In this document: positions 52,012-64,000 of the stretch, piece after piece | Numbering within the stretch: the first letter of the stretch is position 1 | How the letters are laid out: the number at the start of each line of letters is the position of its first letter | Made by a program: the position numbers and the translations under genes | Origin: Laetmonice hystrix | Taxonomy: Eukaryota | DNA length: 64,000 bases | Assembly: GCA_965235115.1 (NCBI GenBank) | Contig: OZ249436.1 | Location: forward strand, 41,418,001 to 41,482,000 | Direction of reading: 5' to 3' | Notes under the pieces: generated by a model | What the model was told of the DNA's origin: nothing | Seen by the model: the letters and a program-made list of their open reading frames with translations, nothing else | Databases searched by the model: none

Positions 52012-54158
52012 CTGTAATGATTAGGTCCCTATATACCCCACCTGACTGTATTTTTCTTTTGAAATGCACGGGCATCAGGCGTAACCCAATTACTTTGACA
52101 ATGTCCCTAAAGAGAAAAGTTGTATAGTCCTCTACAGGAATAGAACCCCGGCCCCAAGATTACTGCACCCATTCGCATAGCATAAGGTATCGACGCCCAT
52201 GTCCACTCGGCCACCGCCACTTCTCTAAAAAAGGAAGCTTTGGTGGTCGAGCAGGACAATGGACCCTCCCCCCTACACACATCTTCCGAGATGAGACGGA
52301 ATCCATATTTTCCTAGATAGAGCTACCCATGATTTCTACCGAACATTGACTGTTAAGGTCCCGTGATTAGGACCCTATATACCTCACCCCCCGGCCCCAA
52401 GATTACTGCACCCATTCGCATAGCATAAGGTGTCGACACCCATGCCCACTCGGCCACCGCCACTCCCCTAAAAAAGGAGCTTTGGTGGTCGAGCAGGACA
52501 ATGGACCCTTCCCCCTACACACATCTTCCGAAATGAGACGGAATCCATATTTTCAGAGCTACACATGATTTCTACCGAACATTGACTGTTAAGGTAATCC
52601 TGGCACTGGCGTAGACTGTATTTTTCTTTTTTAAAATGCACGGGCATCAGGGGTAACCCAATTACTTCTACAGGAATCGAACCCCGGCAACAAGATTACT
52701 GCACCCATTCGCATATCATAAGGTGTCGACACCCATGCCCACTCGGCCACCGCGTGATTAGCACCTTATGTAGGCCTACCCCACCTGCCTGCAGTGATTA
52801 GGCCCCTATATACTCCACCTGGCTAGTGATTAAGACCTTACCCCATCTGACTGTATTTTTCTTTTGAAATGCACGGGCATCAGGGGTAACCCAATTACTT
52901 TGACAATGTCCCTAAAGAGAAAAGTGTCATTAGGCCCCTATATACCCCTCCTGACTGTAGTGATTAGGCCCCATCTGCCATTTATAACTTTGAAGTCGGG
53001 TAAGTATGCTTTTACATTTCCACTCTGTTAATTGTAGCCATTTCCATGGAAACCCAGGAGCAACTTTTCTAAGTGACTTTTTAAAGAGGTAAAGGAGTAA
53101 AGTAAAGAAGTAACAGTCAGGTGGGGTATATAGGTTCCTAATCACTACTCGCAGGTGGCGTATATTTAGGGGCTTAATGACTACAGTCAGGTAAGGTCCT
53201 AATCACTAGTCAGGTGGGGTATATAGGGGCCTAATCACTACAGGCAGCTTGGGTATAGGTCCTAATCACATGGGCGTCGATACCTTATGCTATGCGAATG
53301 GGTGCAGTAATCTTGGGGCCGGGGTTCGATTCCTGTAGAGGACTATACAACTTTTCTCCTTAGGGACATTGTCAAAGTAATTGGGTTACGCCTGATGCCC
53401 GTGCATTTCAAAAGAAAAATACAGTCTACGCCAGTGCCAGGATGACCTTAACAGTCAATGTTCGGTAGAAATCATGGGTAGCTCTATCTAGGAAAATATG
53501 GATTCCGTCTCATCTCGGAAGATGTGTGTAGGGGAGAGGGTCCATTGTCCTGCTCGACCACCAAAGCTTCCTTTTTAGGGAAGTGGCGGTGGCCGAGTGG
53601 GCATGGGCGTCGATACCTTATGCTATGCGAATGGGTGCAGTAATCTTGGGGCCGTGGTTCGATTCCTGTAGAGGACTATACAACTTTTCTCCTTAGGGAC
53701 ATTGTCAAAGTAATTGGGTTACGCCTGATGCCCGTGCATTTCAAAAGAAAAATACAGTCAGGTGGGGTATATAGTGGCCTAATCACTACAGCCTATTAGG
53801 TTAGAGCAGACCGTTGCTCAGACTGCATATCTATTGCTAGGCAACAGGCTAGTGCTACAAAATAACTGATGTTACCATGTTAATCTCTGATGGGGGGGGG
53901 GTAGGTGCCATTGTTTTTTCTCCCTGGAACCATGTGAAACTGGTTGCTAAGCATACTACTGTTGCTAATTAACATGATCCTAAACCAGCCATGTGTTTAT
54001 TATGAGCTGTACAATTGGTTTGGTTGTCTGCCTCACCTTAAGTCCACCCCAACAGCTCCACTCAAAGAGACGGCTTAATTAGCTTGATGTCCACCATCTA
54101 AAAAATCCCAGCTGCAGCTTCATACTCTATTGCTAGGCAACAGTACCATTCTACCTGG

Positions 54159-54159
<1 letters not shown>

Positions 54160-54243
<84 letters not shown>
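54160..54243. repeat. (TA)n microsatellite
   Basis: Pure TA run, expanded relative to the short TATATA in the opposite arm (about 43605). Confidence 0.97.
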
Positions 54244-54248
<5 letters not shown>

Positions 54249-55344
54249 AAATGTTGGACACTGATTTGTGCTGGTTTTTCTTCTTAAATATTAGGTTGGA
54301 GCAGCCCGTTGCTAAGGAAATTTCAATATTCATCCCTGTTGCTAGGCAACGGGCTGGTATTACGAAATGACTGATGTGACCACAGGAACCCCTAATATCA
54401 CTTTAGTCAAGATAAGTGTTTCCTTTTCTCCATGGGGCCATATAAAAAGCTGGTTGCTAAGCATGCTACTGTTGCTAGGCAACAGGAACCAAAAACAGCC
54501 CCCATTTTTTTTATGCCAATTGGTCTAGGTCATGCACACACATGCCAAATTTCATGACTTTATCACAAAATAAACGATTCTTTGGTCTGAGTGGACTTAC
54601 CCTCCACACTAGATCCATGCAAAACCTGGACGATATAGGCATAATGATGATATGGGCACTATGCAGCTATGTAATGAAACAACTGGTAACAGAGGTAAAT
54701 ATGCACAGATCTGGAAAATATTTGGTACACTAAAGCAGAATCGTCTCCTCTTTCCAATGGCATACACCAAAATAGTCTCTGTCATTTTTTTCTATATCAT
54801 TTTGAAACTGTCCTAAGTCATATGTTTAAAATACCCCATTTTTAGCCATTCTTTGAGTTCCGGTGACCTTGACCTTGGGGTCAAAGGCCAAAAGCAAGAA
54901 CATTCCGGAGGAGCATTTCTCTAACCAGCATCCTACAAGGTTTGGTTAAAATGTGAATCTTTGTTCTAGAATTATTTAATAAAAAGTGAATTTAGTAAAT
55001 TTTGGCCCAAAACCAAGTTCTAAACCGTTTCCATGGCAACGGCAACACATCTGGACCTTTTTAACCCTGATGAATAAACCCCCATGGGTTTCTCTTTCAT
55101 CTAGTACCATTGGGAATTTTCTACCATTCCGTGTCGGAAAAATGCCATTTTTGGGGTCTGGGGCTCCGACTATGTAGCAAAATGGTAGGCCCATATCGCC
55201 AGTTGCTAGGCATGAAGGTTAAAAGATGGTAGGCCTATATCTGGAAAAAATGGGGAAATACATAATAGGACTAGGCCTATAATATAAGCATATTCATGTC
55301 AACTCTAGAGCATAATATAGGCTAGGCCTATACATGTGCAGTCT

Positions 55345-56174
55345 GATGACGAGAATTCCACAGAGGGATCTGTTTTCCACGATGTCAGGAATTCCACAGA
55401 GAAGTCGTGTAGTTTGATGACAGGAGTTCCACAGAGGGATCTGTTTTCCACGATGTCAGGAATTCCACAGAGAAGTCGTGTGATCTGATGACAGGAGTTC
55501 CACAGAGGGATCTGTTTTCCATGATGTCAGGAATTCCACAGAGAAGTCGTGTGGTCTGATGACAGGAGTTCCACAGAGGGATCTGTTTTCCATGATGTCA
55601 GGAATTCCACAGAGAAGTCGTGTGGTCTGATGACAGGAGTTCCACAGAGGGATCTGTTTTCCACGATGTCAGGAATTCCACAGAGAAGTCGTGTGGTCTG
55701 ATGACGGGAGCTCCACAGAGGGATCTGTTTTCCACGATGTCAGGAATTCCACAGAGAAGTCGTGTAGTCTGATGACAGGAGTTCCACAGAGGGATCCGTT
55801 TTCCATGATGTCAGGAATTCCATGGGGAAGTCGTGTAGTCTGATGACAGGAGTTCCACAGAGGGATCTGTTTTCCATGATGTCAGGAATTCCAGAGAAGT
55901 CGTGTGGTCTGATGACGGGAGCTCCACAGAGGGATCTGTTTTCCACGATGTCAGGAATTCCACAGAGAAGTCGTGTAGTCTGATGACAGGAGTTCCACAG
56001 AGGGACCTGTTTTCCACGATGTCAGGAATTCCACAGAGAAGTCGTGTAGTCTGATGACGGGAGCTCCACAGAGGGATCAGTTTTCCATGATGTCAGGAAT
56101 TCCACAGAGAAGTCGTGTAGTCTGATGACAGGAATTCCACACAGGGATCTGTTTTCCATGATGTCAGGAATCCC
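55345..56174. repeat. 71-bp minisatellite, about 11.5 copies, built from two related halves of about 35 bp
   Basis: GATGTCAGGAATTCCACAGAGAAGTCGTGTAGTCT + GATGACAGGAGTTCCACAGAGGGATCTGTTTTCCAC. Confidence 0.93.
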
Positions 56175-56997
56175 ATGAAGATGCTGTGATTAGTGAAGCT
56201 GAAGTCCATCTCGGCGTCCATCGTTTTACTCTCGCGTTCCCCATATTTTATGCAGATTTTATTGCCCATTTTAGACTCATCATGAAATAAAGAGATCTTA
56301 ACTGTAACCCCTGACATTGTGTCTTTTATATATTAAATGTATAACGATTTACCGCTCGATCGTAACAATATGCACTCCCGATCCGTCTATATGTCTACAG
56401 GCATAATGAGCCAGCATTAGACCCTAATACAATATAGGCCTAATCAGTAGGTCTATGTCGGCTATTTGTCTGTGGTCCCAGGCAAACATAATAATTTGAG
56501 AAAAGAAGGAATTATGTTCTTTCCGTCACTTATATCTAACCATGACAGTCGCCCTATAATAGCAGATAAACGCTAATTCAGGCAAATATACGGCAACACA
56601 TGCATTGTGTGCAGGTATACCTTCAGGCCTATACCAAGCACACTATATAGGAGGCGCTTCTTGCGACGCCTCATGGCAGAATATAGAGACAGGAATGTGC
56701 AAACCATCCGTTTTAGCCCCCTCCCAACTCCGGCTTACTATATTACTTGAAATGTTGGCCTATCTGCGTTAATCAAGTACCGGTGAAACAAATTGCAAGG
56801 CTGGAAAAGGAGGGAACCGTTCCATAGAGTCTAATGTTCAAAGGCCGTTGATTATCCGCGGCTGCATGGGGTAATATCCTAAATTAAAGATCAAAATTAT
56901 TAATAGCCCCCTTCTTGTTCAACCTCTGCTGATTTAGAAATTTATACACCTCCTGAAAAAAACATAATTATTTCAATGGTCCTGTTATATGTTGCGT

Positions 56998-57495
56998 ACG
57001 TGATCCACTTGCGTTGCGATGGGTTCCGCGCGTCTACGATTTTTTCTCTCTCTGAAGCTTCGGAAGTACGTAAAAGTGCTCGTAAGGCCGCGTAAGGAAT
57101 CGTAGGCTTGCGTAACCCGCGGAAGCACTCGTAAGAAAATCGAAAAGCATAATCCACTTGTATATCTTAAGAGCTCTTCCGATTGTCAGAGGACATCAAG
57201 ATGAAGCCCGAGGAGGTCGCACTAAATGCCCTCACCTTCGCCGTTTTGGCCGAAGGTGAGGAACAAGAAATGGAAGAAGTTTTTGGGTTCGCTTTAGACC
57301 TTCCGCGCTCTTCCGAGTGCTTACGAACTCTTTATGCACTCTTCCGATAATATCTAACATTTTTGATCTGCTCGTAAGGAGGTCTCCTTAAAATGCTTGC
57401 GTGCATTCCCGATTTGGAATTTTTTCCTCGGAAGAACTCGTAAGACCGCGCAAGGGGTGAATCGGAAGCATCGCAACGCAAGTGGATCACGTCCC
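56998..57495. mobile_element. PIF/Harbinger-like MITE
   Basis: TIR ACGTGATCCACTTGCGTTGCGATG; the left end is slightly truncated; TAA on the right. Confidence 0.65.
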
Positions 57496-60388
57496 TAAGT
57501 CAGGCAGTGTATGGCACCTAAGAATCCACTAATTGTACCAGCGTTCTCGTTCTCATTGCACTTTCCAGGCATCTGAGGGACAGTGTTCTACCCAGGAAAC
57601 ACACCAGAGCCGGGACTCCTTATTGCTGGACTTCGGGGGGGGGGGGGGGGGCGCCACCCTCGCCACCCCCTTGGCTACGGGCCTGGTTCTGTATAGGGGA
57701 CTAACCTTTAGTGAGGTATATGACTATTTAATTTGGGGAATTTAGAGATTTCGCTTATAATAGGCCCTACATGCCGTTAATTATGACCGTAAAGCCTTCC
57801 ACATTATTTGCCGTTGCGATAGATCACCAGGGTACAATTACAATTCGTACGGGGCCCGCTAAATTGCCATATAAGAAAAAAAACCTCTTATATATATCAC
57901 TGCCACGACCCGATAAATGTGACCGTCAACGAGCAGTTCTGATACGGGTTCAAGTGGTGGCTCCGGGAATCCAGGGGCGGTCCCCGCGGACCCTTGCTTA
58001 ATCTCTCTCTATCTCTCGCTGTCTCTCTCACGGCACAGTTCATGATATAGGGCACGTATAACCGAGAAATGCTTCCGGGTATATTCCGTTTCAAATCTGA
58101 TCAAGTCGATCACCTCCTGATAAAGTGGATCCCATCTACTGACCGGCCCGTAAACATCCGTGTACATCAGGTTTGTAAGGGTGCATGGGTGTTCTCACAG
58201 TCAGACCGGTCCAGTGGGAACATTATCAATAGGTCTTTACTCAACATGGAAGGGCGGGGCAAAAAAAAACAAAACAAAAAACTCACAAAAACGGTTTGCA
58301 GAAAGAGGTCTCCGTCGTTCCTCAGCTGTGCTGTAAAAAAAATAAGTAAAAAGCTAAGCCTGGAAATATTTCAGCAGTTTACATATTCAGGGCACAGCTC
58401 CATATCTCGATATGTTATCACATAATAAGCGTATGCTTCCGTGTGAAGCCTAGCTCGTATCTTGGTGTGGTGTTTGAAGTCGAGTGGCCCTGATGTTTGC
58501 CCATGATAACGTAGACGGCAAGGGCAGAACCCACCGCATGGTGTTTTCTTTCACCACAAAAGGCATGGAGAACAGCTCTGATCTCATCTCACGTACGCCA
58601 ACTGATCTCTCACGTGTAGACAATGAAAACTCTCGCCGATATTGTCGTCTAGCCTCGCCGCAGCTATAGCCTTTGTAGACTCAGTTATAGCCGACGTCAA
58701 ATATCCGACCCAAGTCCCACCCCTTCCCAAAATCCGATTACGGAGGAACGCTAAACAAATGTTCAAATATTTTGTATTGTTGAATGGGACACCACCTGAA
58801 CACGAGAGACTACTGGTATCTTATCTTACGTGAGCAGAAGTGTGAATACGGCTTGTAAAGCACACGAGAACTCCTGGAGGCATGCCATCTTCTTAACCTG
58901 GTTTTATTGTTCTGTAATATGAATACATAGTCAAGGTAAATTACAAAGCGGAATGTGCTTTTTACTGAGGACCCCCAACCTTTTGACCTCAAAGTGTAGG
59001 CCTACACGTAACGTTTGCCAATATAAGCGACAAGCCTTCCTCCCAGCAGCCGTCTGGTCAAACACCTTGCCAACATTATACGCAGTGAATAGTATAATTA
59101 GCTACCTATATTGCTTTCTCCCCCAGCCTTTTGGGTCTGCCATCACAATACACCGGGTGATTTGCATCGTTCAAGGTCAATCACAGAATGATCGATAAAG
59201 GGTATTTTGGTGTGTCATGTCGATTTTTACATGCAGACTCACCCTCAATCTCTATCATGTGAAAAGAAAAACGATTGCAGAATGTGCGAGTGTACTGTTA
59301 ACCAAGAATGTTATGGGTTATTATGTAGTCAACTCATCAACTAACCCGTACCCTGCCCAACTTCATGTTGGGGCGTCCAAAGAAATACCTTTCGTATACA
59401 ACGAACACAACGTCCCCTCAGACTTACCAAAGAATACGTGAAATATTTTCTCAGAAGGCCCCTTCTGTTAATCGTGGACGAACACCACATCGCTTATGAT
59501 ATTTTTCTCGCTGGCATCATTTAATCATCAGAACAAAATATCTTAAATTCACTATAAGATATAAGGCCAGGATGCCTAAGTGCACCTGTACCATTTTAAG
59601 ATTGATTAGATAAATCATAGACAAGTAAAGATAAGTAAAAAATAACGGCCATAAATTGTTTGGGTTATCTCGAGATTACATGCCATTTAAATCAGTAACA
59701 TGAGACAACTGTGTCCAAATATGTAACCGAAGACCTCCGATCATGTGAAGTCTAAGATGACGTTATCATTATCACATGGAAATCCCAGGGGCCCTCCGCC
59801 CCCACACACGTCAACAACTACATGTGTATACATACACACACGTAAACAACTACATGTGTATACACATACTGTATCCACTACACGCACAGAACGGATCTAC
59901 GTTCTGTGTACAATCAAATGTACAATGTATGTTATAACACAAACGAAACAATAGTTTGGTTTTTTCAGATCCCTTTTCTCCCTGACTCGACCTGTAATTG
60001 TTTATGCCAAGTGATATTTTCGCAAATAAGAGCTATTCGAAAATATCAATTCGTTTTGTACGAGAACGGAAAATCAAGCGAGGAAATGTTTCAAAAGGAC
60101 TGAACATGTGAAGATACATAAATACTGAATGACGAATTGAATGAGGCAGGTTCGCAGCTCATTATGACATTTCTGCCCACCTTTGACAAAAAGGAAGCAA
60201 GTGACACATCTGGCAAAAATTGAGTTAATCACACCAAGGAAGCAAGTTAATACACCCACATATTTTCGTAGTCTGTCTCTTATTTACGCTGTAATCAAGA
60301 CCCAGACTACTACAACATGTACACGTACCAGTGGTTGCTTCCTTGGTGTGATTTAGCAACTTAACTTATAAGTCATGATTTTGCCTGA

Positions 60389-60720
60389 CTAAAGAATACT
60401 ACAAGCTTGACTCTGATTGTTCTCCTGGTCTGAACCAGACACGCCTGGGTTTTGAAATGCTCGAGTTACATTCTTTCCAAGTTTGAACCCCTTTTTCGTT
60501 TTCTCCTCGGGACGTTGACCATCGTCTGGTGACCTTGGCTGTCGCTGCTGGTCGGCCGACCGTCGTCTCGGTCGTGACGACCGGTTGTGACGGTTGGCCG
60601 TCGTGACGTCCGCCTTGGCCTCGTCAAGTTTGGCCGTGCTTCCATCGTCTTCAATCGTCTTGAACAGGTCACTAGCAGCCCGGCTCCATTCGGGTGCCGG
60701 GTCACCGGTCAAGGAGGACT
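60389..60720 (-). CDS. ROCO-type protein, last exon, ending in CaaX (CSIL*)
   Basis: TAG acceptor in phase 1; low-complexity charged tail ending NQSQACSIL*. Confidence 0.75.
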
Positions 60721-61117
60721 CTACAATATTAGCATGTCAAGTCAAAGCAACTAAAGTTTAAGAGAAAGTAACTCTCAATGATAGAAATACATTTCTACAA
60801 CCAGTTCATTCCTTTAGCCCTTTCTGGCCTCAAATTTTTGTACAAAAAACAGTGAATTGTACCAAAGCTGTGTAATTTTAAAGGACATTTGATGACGAAA
60901 ATCTGTAGCATTTCATGTGGTTAACCGTCGCAATTTGTGGCCGTGTCGCCCCCCCCCCCCCACACACACACACACCGCCATTTTATACTCGTTTTATAGC
61001 TTTTATCCCTCCCCATATAATATCACGTATAATCACTGAATGACAATCACAACTGCTTAAAAGATCCGACGGAACTTTTCTTCCCCGCCTCAATATTTTT
61101 GACAAAAAGGAACGTAC

Positions 61118-61356
61118 GTTGGATGGAAGTTCCGAGGAAGTCCTCCACGTGCCGGGTAGTGCGGGTTTGCGGCCGTCGGACGGCGTGTCGGAGGTGTTGG
61201 ACATGGGGCAGGTGTTCCTTCATGTATCGGTCACCTTCAGTGATGAGACTGTGCTGGGGGGTGGTCTGAGAGACATCCGTACTGAGTACTGTGACACGGT
61301 AACCTCGCTGGTGCTCCTCACACAACCAACTGATGCGGCCCGTCGGCAGCACACAC
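61118..61356 (-). CDS. ROCO-type protein, penultimate exon
   Basis: (R)CVLPTGRISWLCEEHQ; phase 2 to 1. Confidence 0.78.
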
Positions 61357-61597
61357 CTGTCGCATCAGCCCAATCAGAACTGATGAATGAATGAACAAGG
61401 AGGCACCAACTACTGAAGATGTCTTTCAGAAGAGAAAGCGTTGTCTCTTACATTAATTCTGTAAGCGTGAGATTACTACAAGGTACCATAAAGATATTTG
61501 TCTGCCTATATACGGCCTCTACCTGGCATGCCGTCTTTCTTATAATCTGTTGCTTAAAGGTGTCATCACCCAACTTTTCGCGCTGCCGAACACCAAC

Positions 61598-61698
61598 CTG
61601 CTAAGACTTCCACACTTTCTGTCCACGTCACGTTTCATTAGAAATTCACGAAATCGGATGTAAGAACGACCAAAGTCTTCCGACGACTCGACAGCATG
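61598..61698 (-). CDS. ROCO-type protein, internal exon
   Basis: HAVESSEDFGRSYIRFREFLMKRDVDRKCGSLS(R); phase 0 to 2. With the next exon it forms Y..F..FL...D....G.L.R...PTG...WLC..H, a motif I recognise from the region after COR in Roco proteins. Confidence 0.72.
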
Positions 61699-62347
61699 CT
61701 ACAATTTTACAAAATAAGACATAAATATTTCCACCATGCAGGGCTCTTTGATATGGCCTAGTGCAAGACTTATATACACTGGACAAGTCGGATGTAAACA
61801 ATAACATGTATGGCTATAGTGTAGTGGCAGATTACGGGCACTGGCCGGTAACCTGGTATCGATGACTTTTCTTATTTTAACCACAAATTTAGCTTTATAG
61901 CCCTGCGATCGCCCGCTGGTGGTTCTCTCCCGAGGCACTTGGCCAGAAAAAGCGATTGCCCAATGCCTTCTTAAAATATCGCCGTGATCTGTCTACTCGA
62001 GGCACAGGTGGGACTGTGGCCTTTACTTAACTCTGGACCATCCGAATACCTTGACAGTATGGTCTGGATATAGTACCGCCAACACCGCTTTATTAATCGA
62101 CACCAGCGATCGTTTCACTATATATGCGCTGGTTCCATACGAGGCACATGTCAAACGTAATTCAATTCATTTAGTAACTTTAAGGCAAAACACTCACGAA
62201 AAGATAAAAAAAAACGATCTCCCGTTTTAATCACAAGCTTCATACGTTACCTTACCTCACTTCGATACAAAACCGCATCGTACAATGCAAACAGTCGCCA
62301 TACTATTTGGCTATACTGCATATATAAACCATTGAAATTAAGCTTAC

Positions 62348-62530
62348 AGACATGATGAAGTTCTTGTAGTGCCGTCCTTGCTCGCCAGCCAAACAGCTGA
62401 GCGAGATTCCGCTGTGTTCGATGAGGCCGTACACTCGCCCCAAGAAAGGAGCCATGCCAACTACAAGCTCTTCCTTTTCACTGGCCGACATCCCGTCCAG
62501 GACAAGCGACCCGTCCGTGTAATGCCATCC
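62348..62530 (-). CDS. ROCO-type protein, internal exon; upstream exons not found in the window
   Basis: TTTTCAG acceptor; GWHYTDGSL...MAPFLGRVYGLIEHS...NFIMS; GTAAGC donor; phase 0 to 0. Confidence 0.72.
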
Positions 62531-64000
62531 CTGAAAATAGCGATTTCTTTCGCCTTGATTTAAGGCCGTGTCTGCAGGAAGGGTCATATTCAAGGCGAGG
62601 GAATCCAAGTGGGGAGACACATTTCAGAGAGGGAAAGAAATTGCCTGATACTGATCTGGTCAAAAGAAGTCATGTTTGAACTTTGATAAACCGTTATTTG
62701 AAATGAGGTAGTCCTCTTTGCACATCAAGGGGACATGCCTGTACCTCAGCGATGTCGAAAACTGAGTCTTGTATCTGAAAACTGCTTGAATCTGTCTCGT
62801 TAAACAGATATAGAAGACCTCCACTCGATCATACGATGAGCAAAGGCTGCATTTTAAATTCAACTTTCAGATCGAACTGTTCAAAGCATTTCAGTTGTTT
62901 CATAAGGAAGCCATTTCCCCTCGATAAACAGATAACAACTATCGAACGTGTTAAACATAGACAAAAGATGATGTTAACTGTGGCATAAAACCCCTCTTTT
63001 CGTAAATAGGCCTTGCATACTGATGCGCCCATTGGTAGTCATAATATCACCGCATCTCATTCTGCCTTTATAAAATTCTTATGCATTCTTGTTAGCGTCA
63101 TATTTGTTAAAATTACTGGGCAGTATCCCATATATGTACCGAAAATTTCCCCGTATAAATAAAGGAATGAAAAAATAAATAAGTTTTCCAAAATAGACCT
63201 GTGTGACTTTATTACGAGTTCTTCCCTGTGCTGTTGTTCTCTGTTCGGAACCTCTCTCGCCTCCTGTTCTTTATATGTGAAAAGGTACATTATTTGTTTT
63301 TGGTGTCATAAATCTTCGGAGGTCTCTTGACATATTCTCAAGTGTTATCGAAAACGGGTTCCTGGTGCCTGGTGCGAAATGAGACCAGCCGCCTTATCTT
63401 ACAGATGGCGCCCTGGCATCGAGCATCGCGATAATATTTCAATTTACAATACAGTCTTTCTAACTAAGGTGACATAAAAAACAGCCTCACATTTACAGAA
63501 TGAATGTTCCTTGGGGGGGGGGGGGGGGTCGACGATGTTGCGGTTAAAGCCCCATCAGGAAGGCCTGCCTCAACCTATAAAACATGTGGGGGCTCTGAGC
63601 AGGGGGGGGGGGGGTCGACCCCCGAACCCAACCAACCCCCAACTGAACCTGAGCCTCTGAACCCCTCTCACGCGTTAAGCCCGTTTCCCATGTACGCGGA
63701 AACAGCGCTGAAATATCGATTCTTCTATTAACTTGCCCTACACTCTAAAAACAGATTGGTTAGCAAAAAAACCAATATGGTTGATTAGCCGTATATTGGT
63801 TGTTTGAACCAAGCACCTTGATACTTTTTGACCAATACAGTGCATTAGCAGCTAACCAATATGTTTGGTTTCAGTTTCAACCAATAAAACTTGGTCACTG
63901 ATCAATCTCGCACACCCAGTCGACGGGCCTCGTGTTCCCTGAACACCCTAGCCTGGTCCACAGGTCTATATTGACTGTTACGTATATCTGGTAGGCAGGG

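Larger units (their letters stand above)
42656..55172. mobile_element. Large foldback (Academ-like) element inflated by nested insertions
   Basis: Termini TAGTCGGAGCCCCAGACC; TGT TSD at 42653-42655 and 55173-55175. Inverted pairs: 42656-43670 with about 54100-55172, 51071-51153 with 53786-53858, and 52012-52975 with 53110-53790. Confidence 0.85.

Noticed and set aside
45735..56174. CRISPR-like repeat-spacer patterns at 45.7-46.8 kb and 55.3-56.2 kb
   Set aside because: The spacers are related to one another, the context is eukaryotic and there are no cas genes
58440..58840. Short ORFs downstream of the ROCO-like stop codon
   Set aside because: No motifs; more likely 3' UTR or intergenic sequence

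Overview
This is animal genomic DNA, most plausibly from a marine invertebrate; the species cannot be determined from the window. It is intron-rich and crowded with non-autonomous DNA transposons. Four host genes can be reconstructed by hand from GT-AG splice sites, all on the minus strand: (1) the first coding exon of a TMEM72-like gene (3689-3791); (2) a complete two-exon HtrL/YibB-family gene with a type II membrane anchor (17684-21418, 340 aa); (3) a complete IRF1/2-like interferon regulatory factor with 8 coding exons (29448-37402, about 508 aa); (4) the last four exons of a ROCO-type protein that ends in a CaaX motif (60389-62530). Mobile DNA includes a deleted Tc1/mariner, two copies of a Kolobok-like element, a tRNA-derived SINE, many PIF/Harbinger-like MITEs (including a 7-kb nest with self-insertions), Academ-like elements (one is a 12.5-kb foldback), 23-32 bp micro-elements and several minisatellites. 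The most unusual signal is the pervasive TA-GGCC-TA micro-insertion, which looks like a transposon excision footprint. There is no CRISPR array, rRNA or convincing tRNA gene. All family assignments rest on motif recognition by eye; no database search was run.
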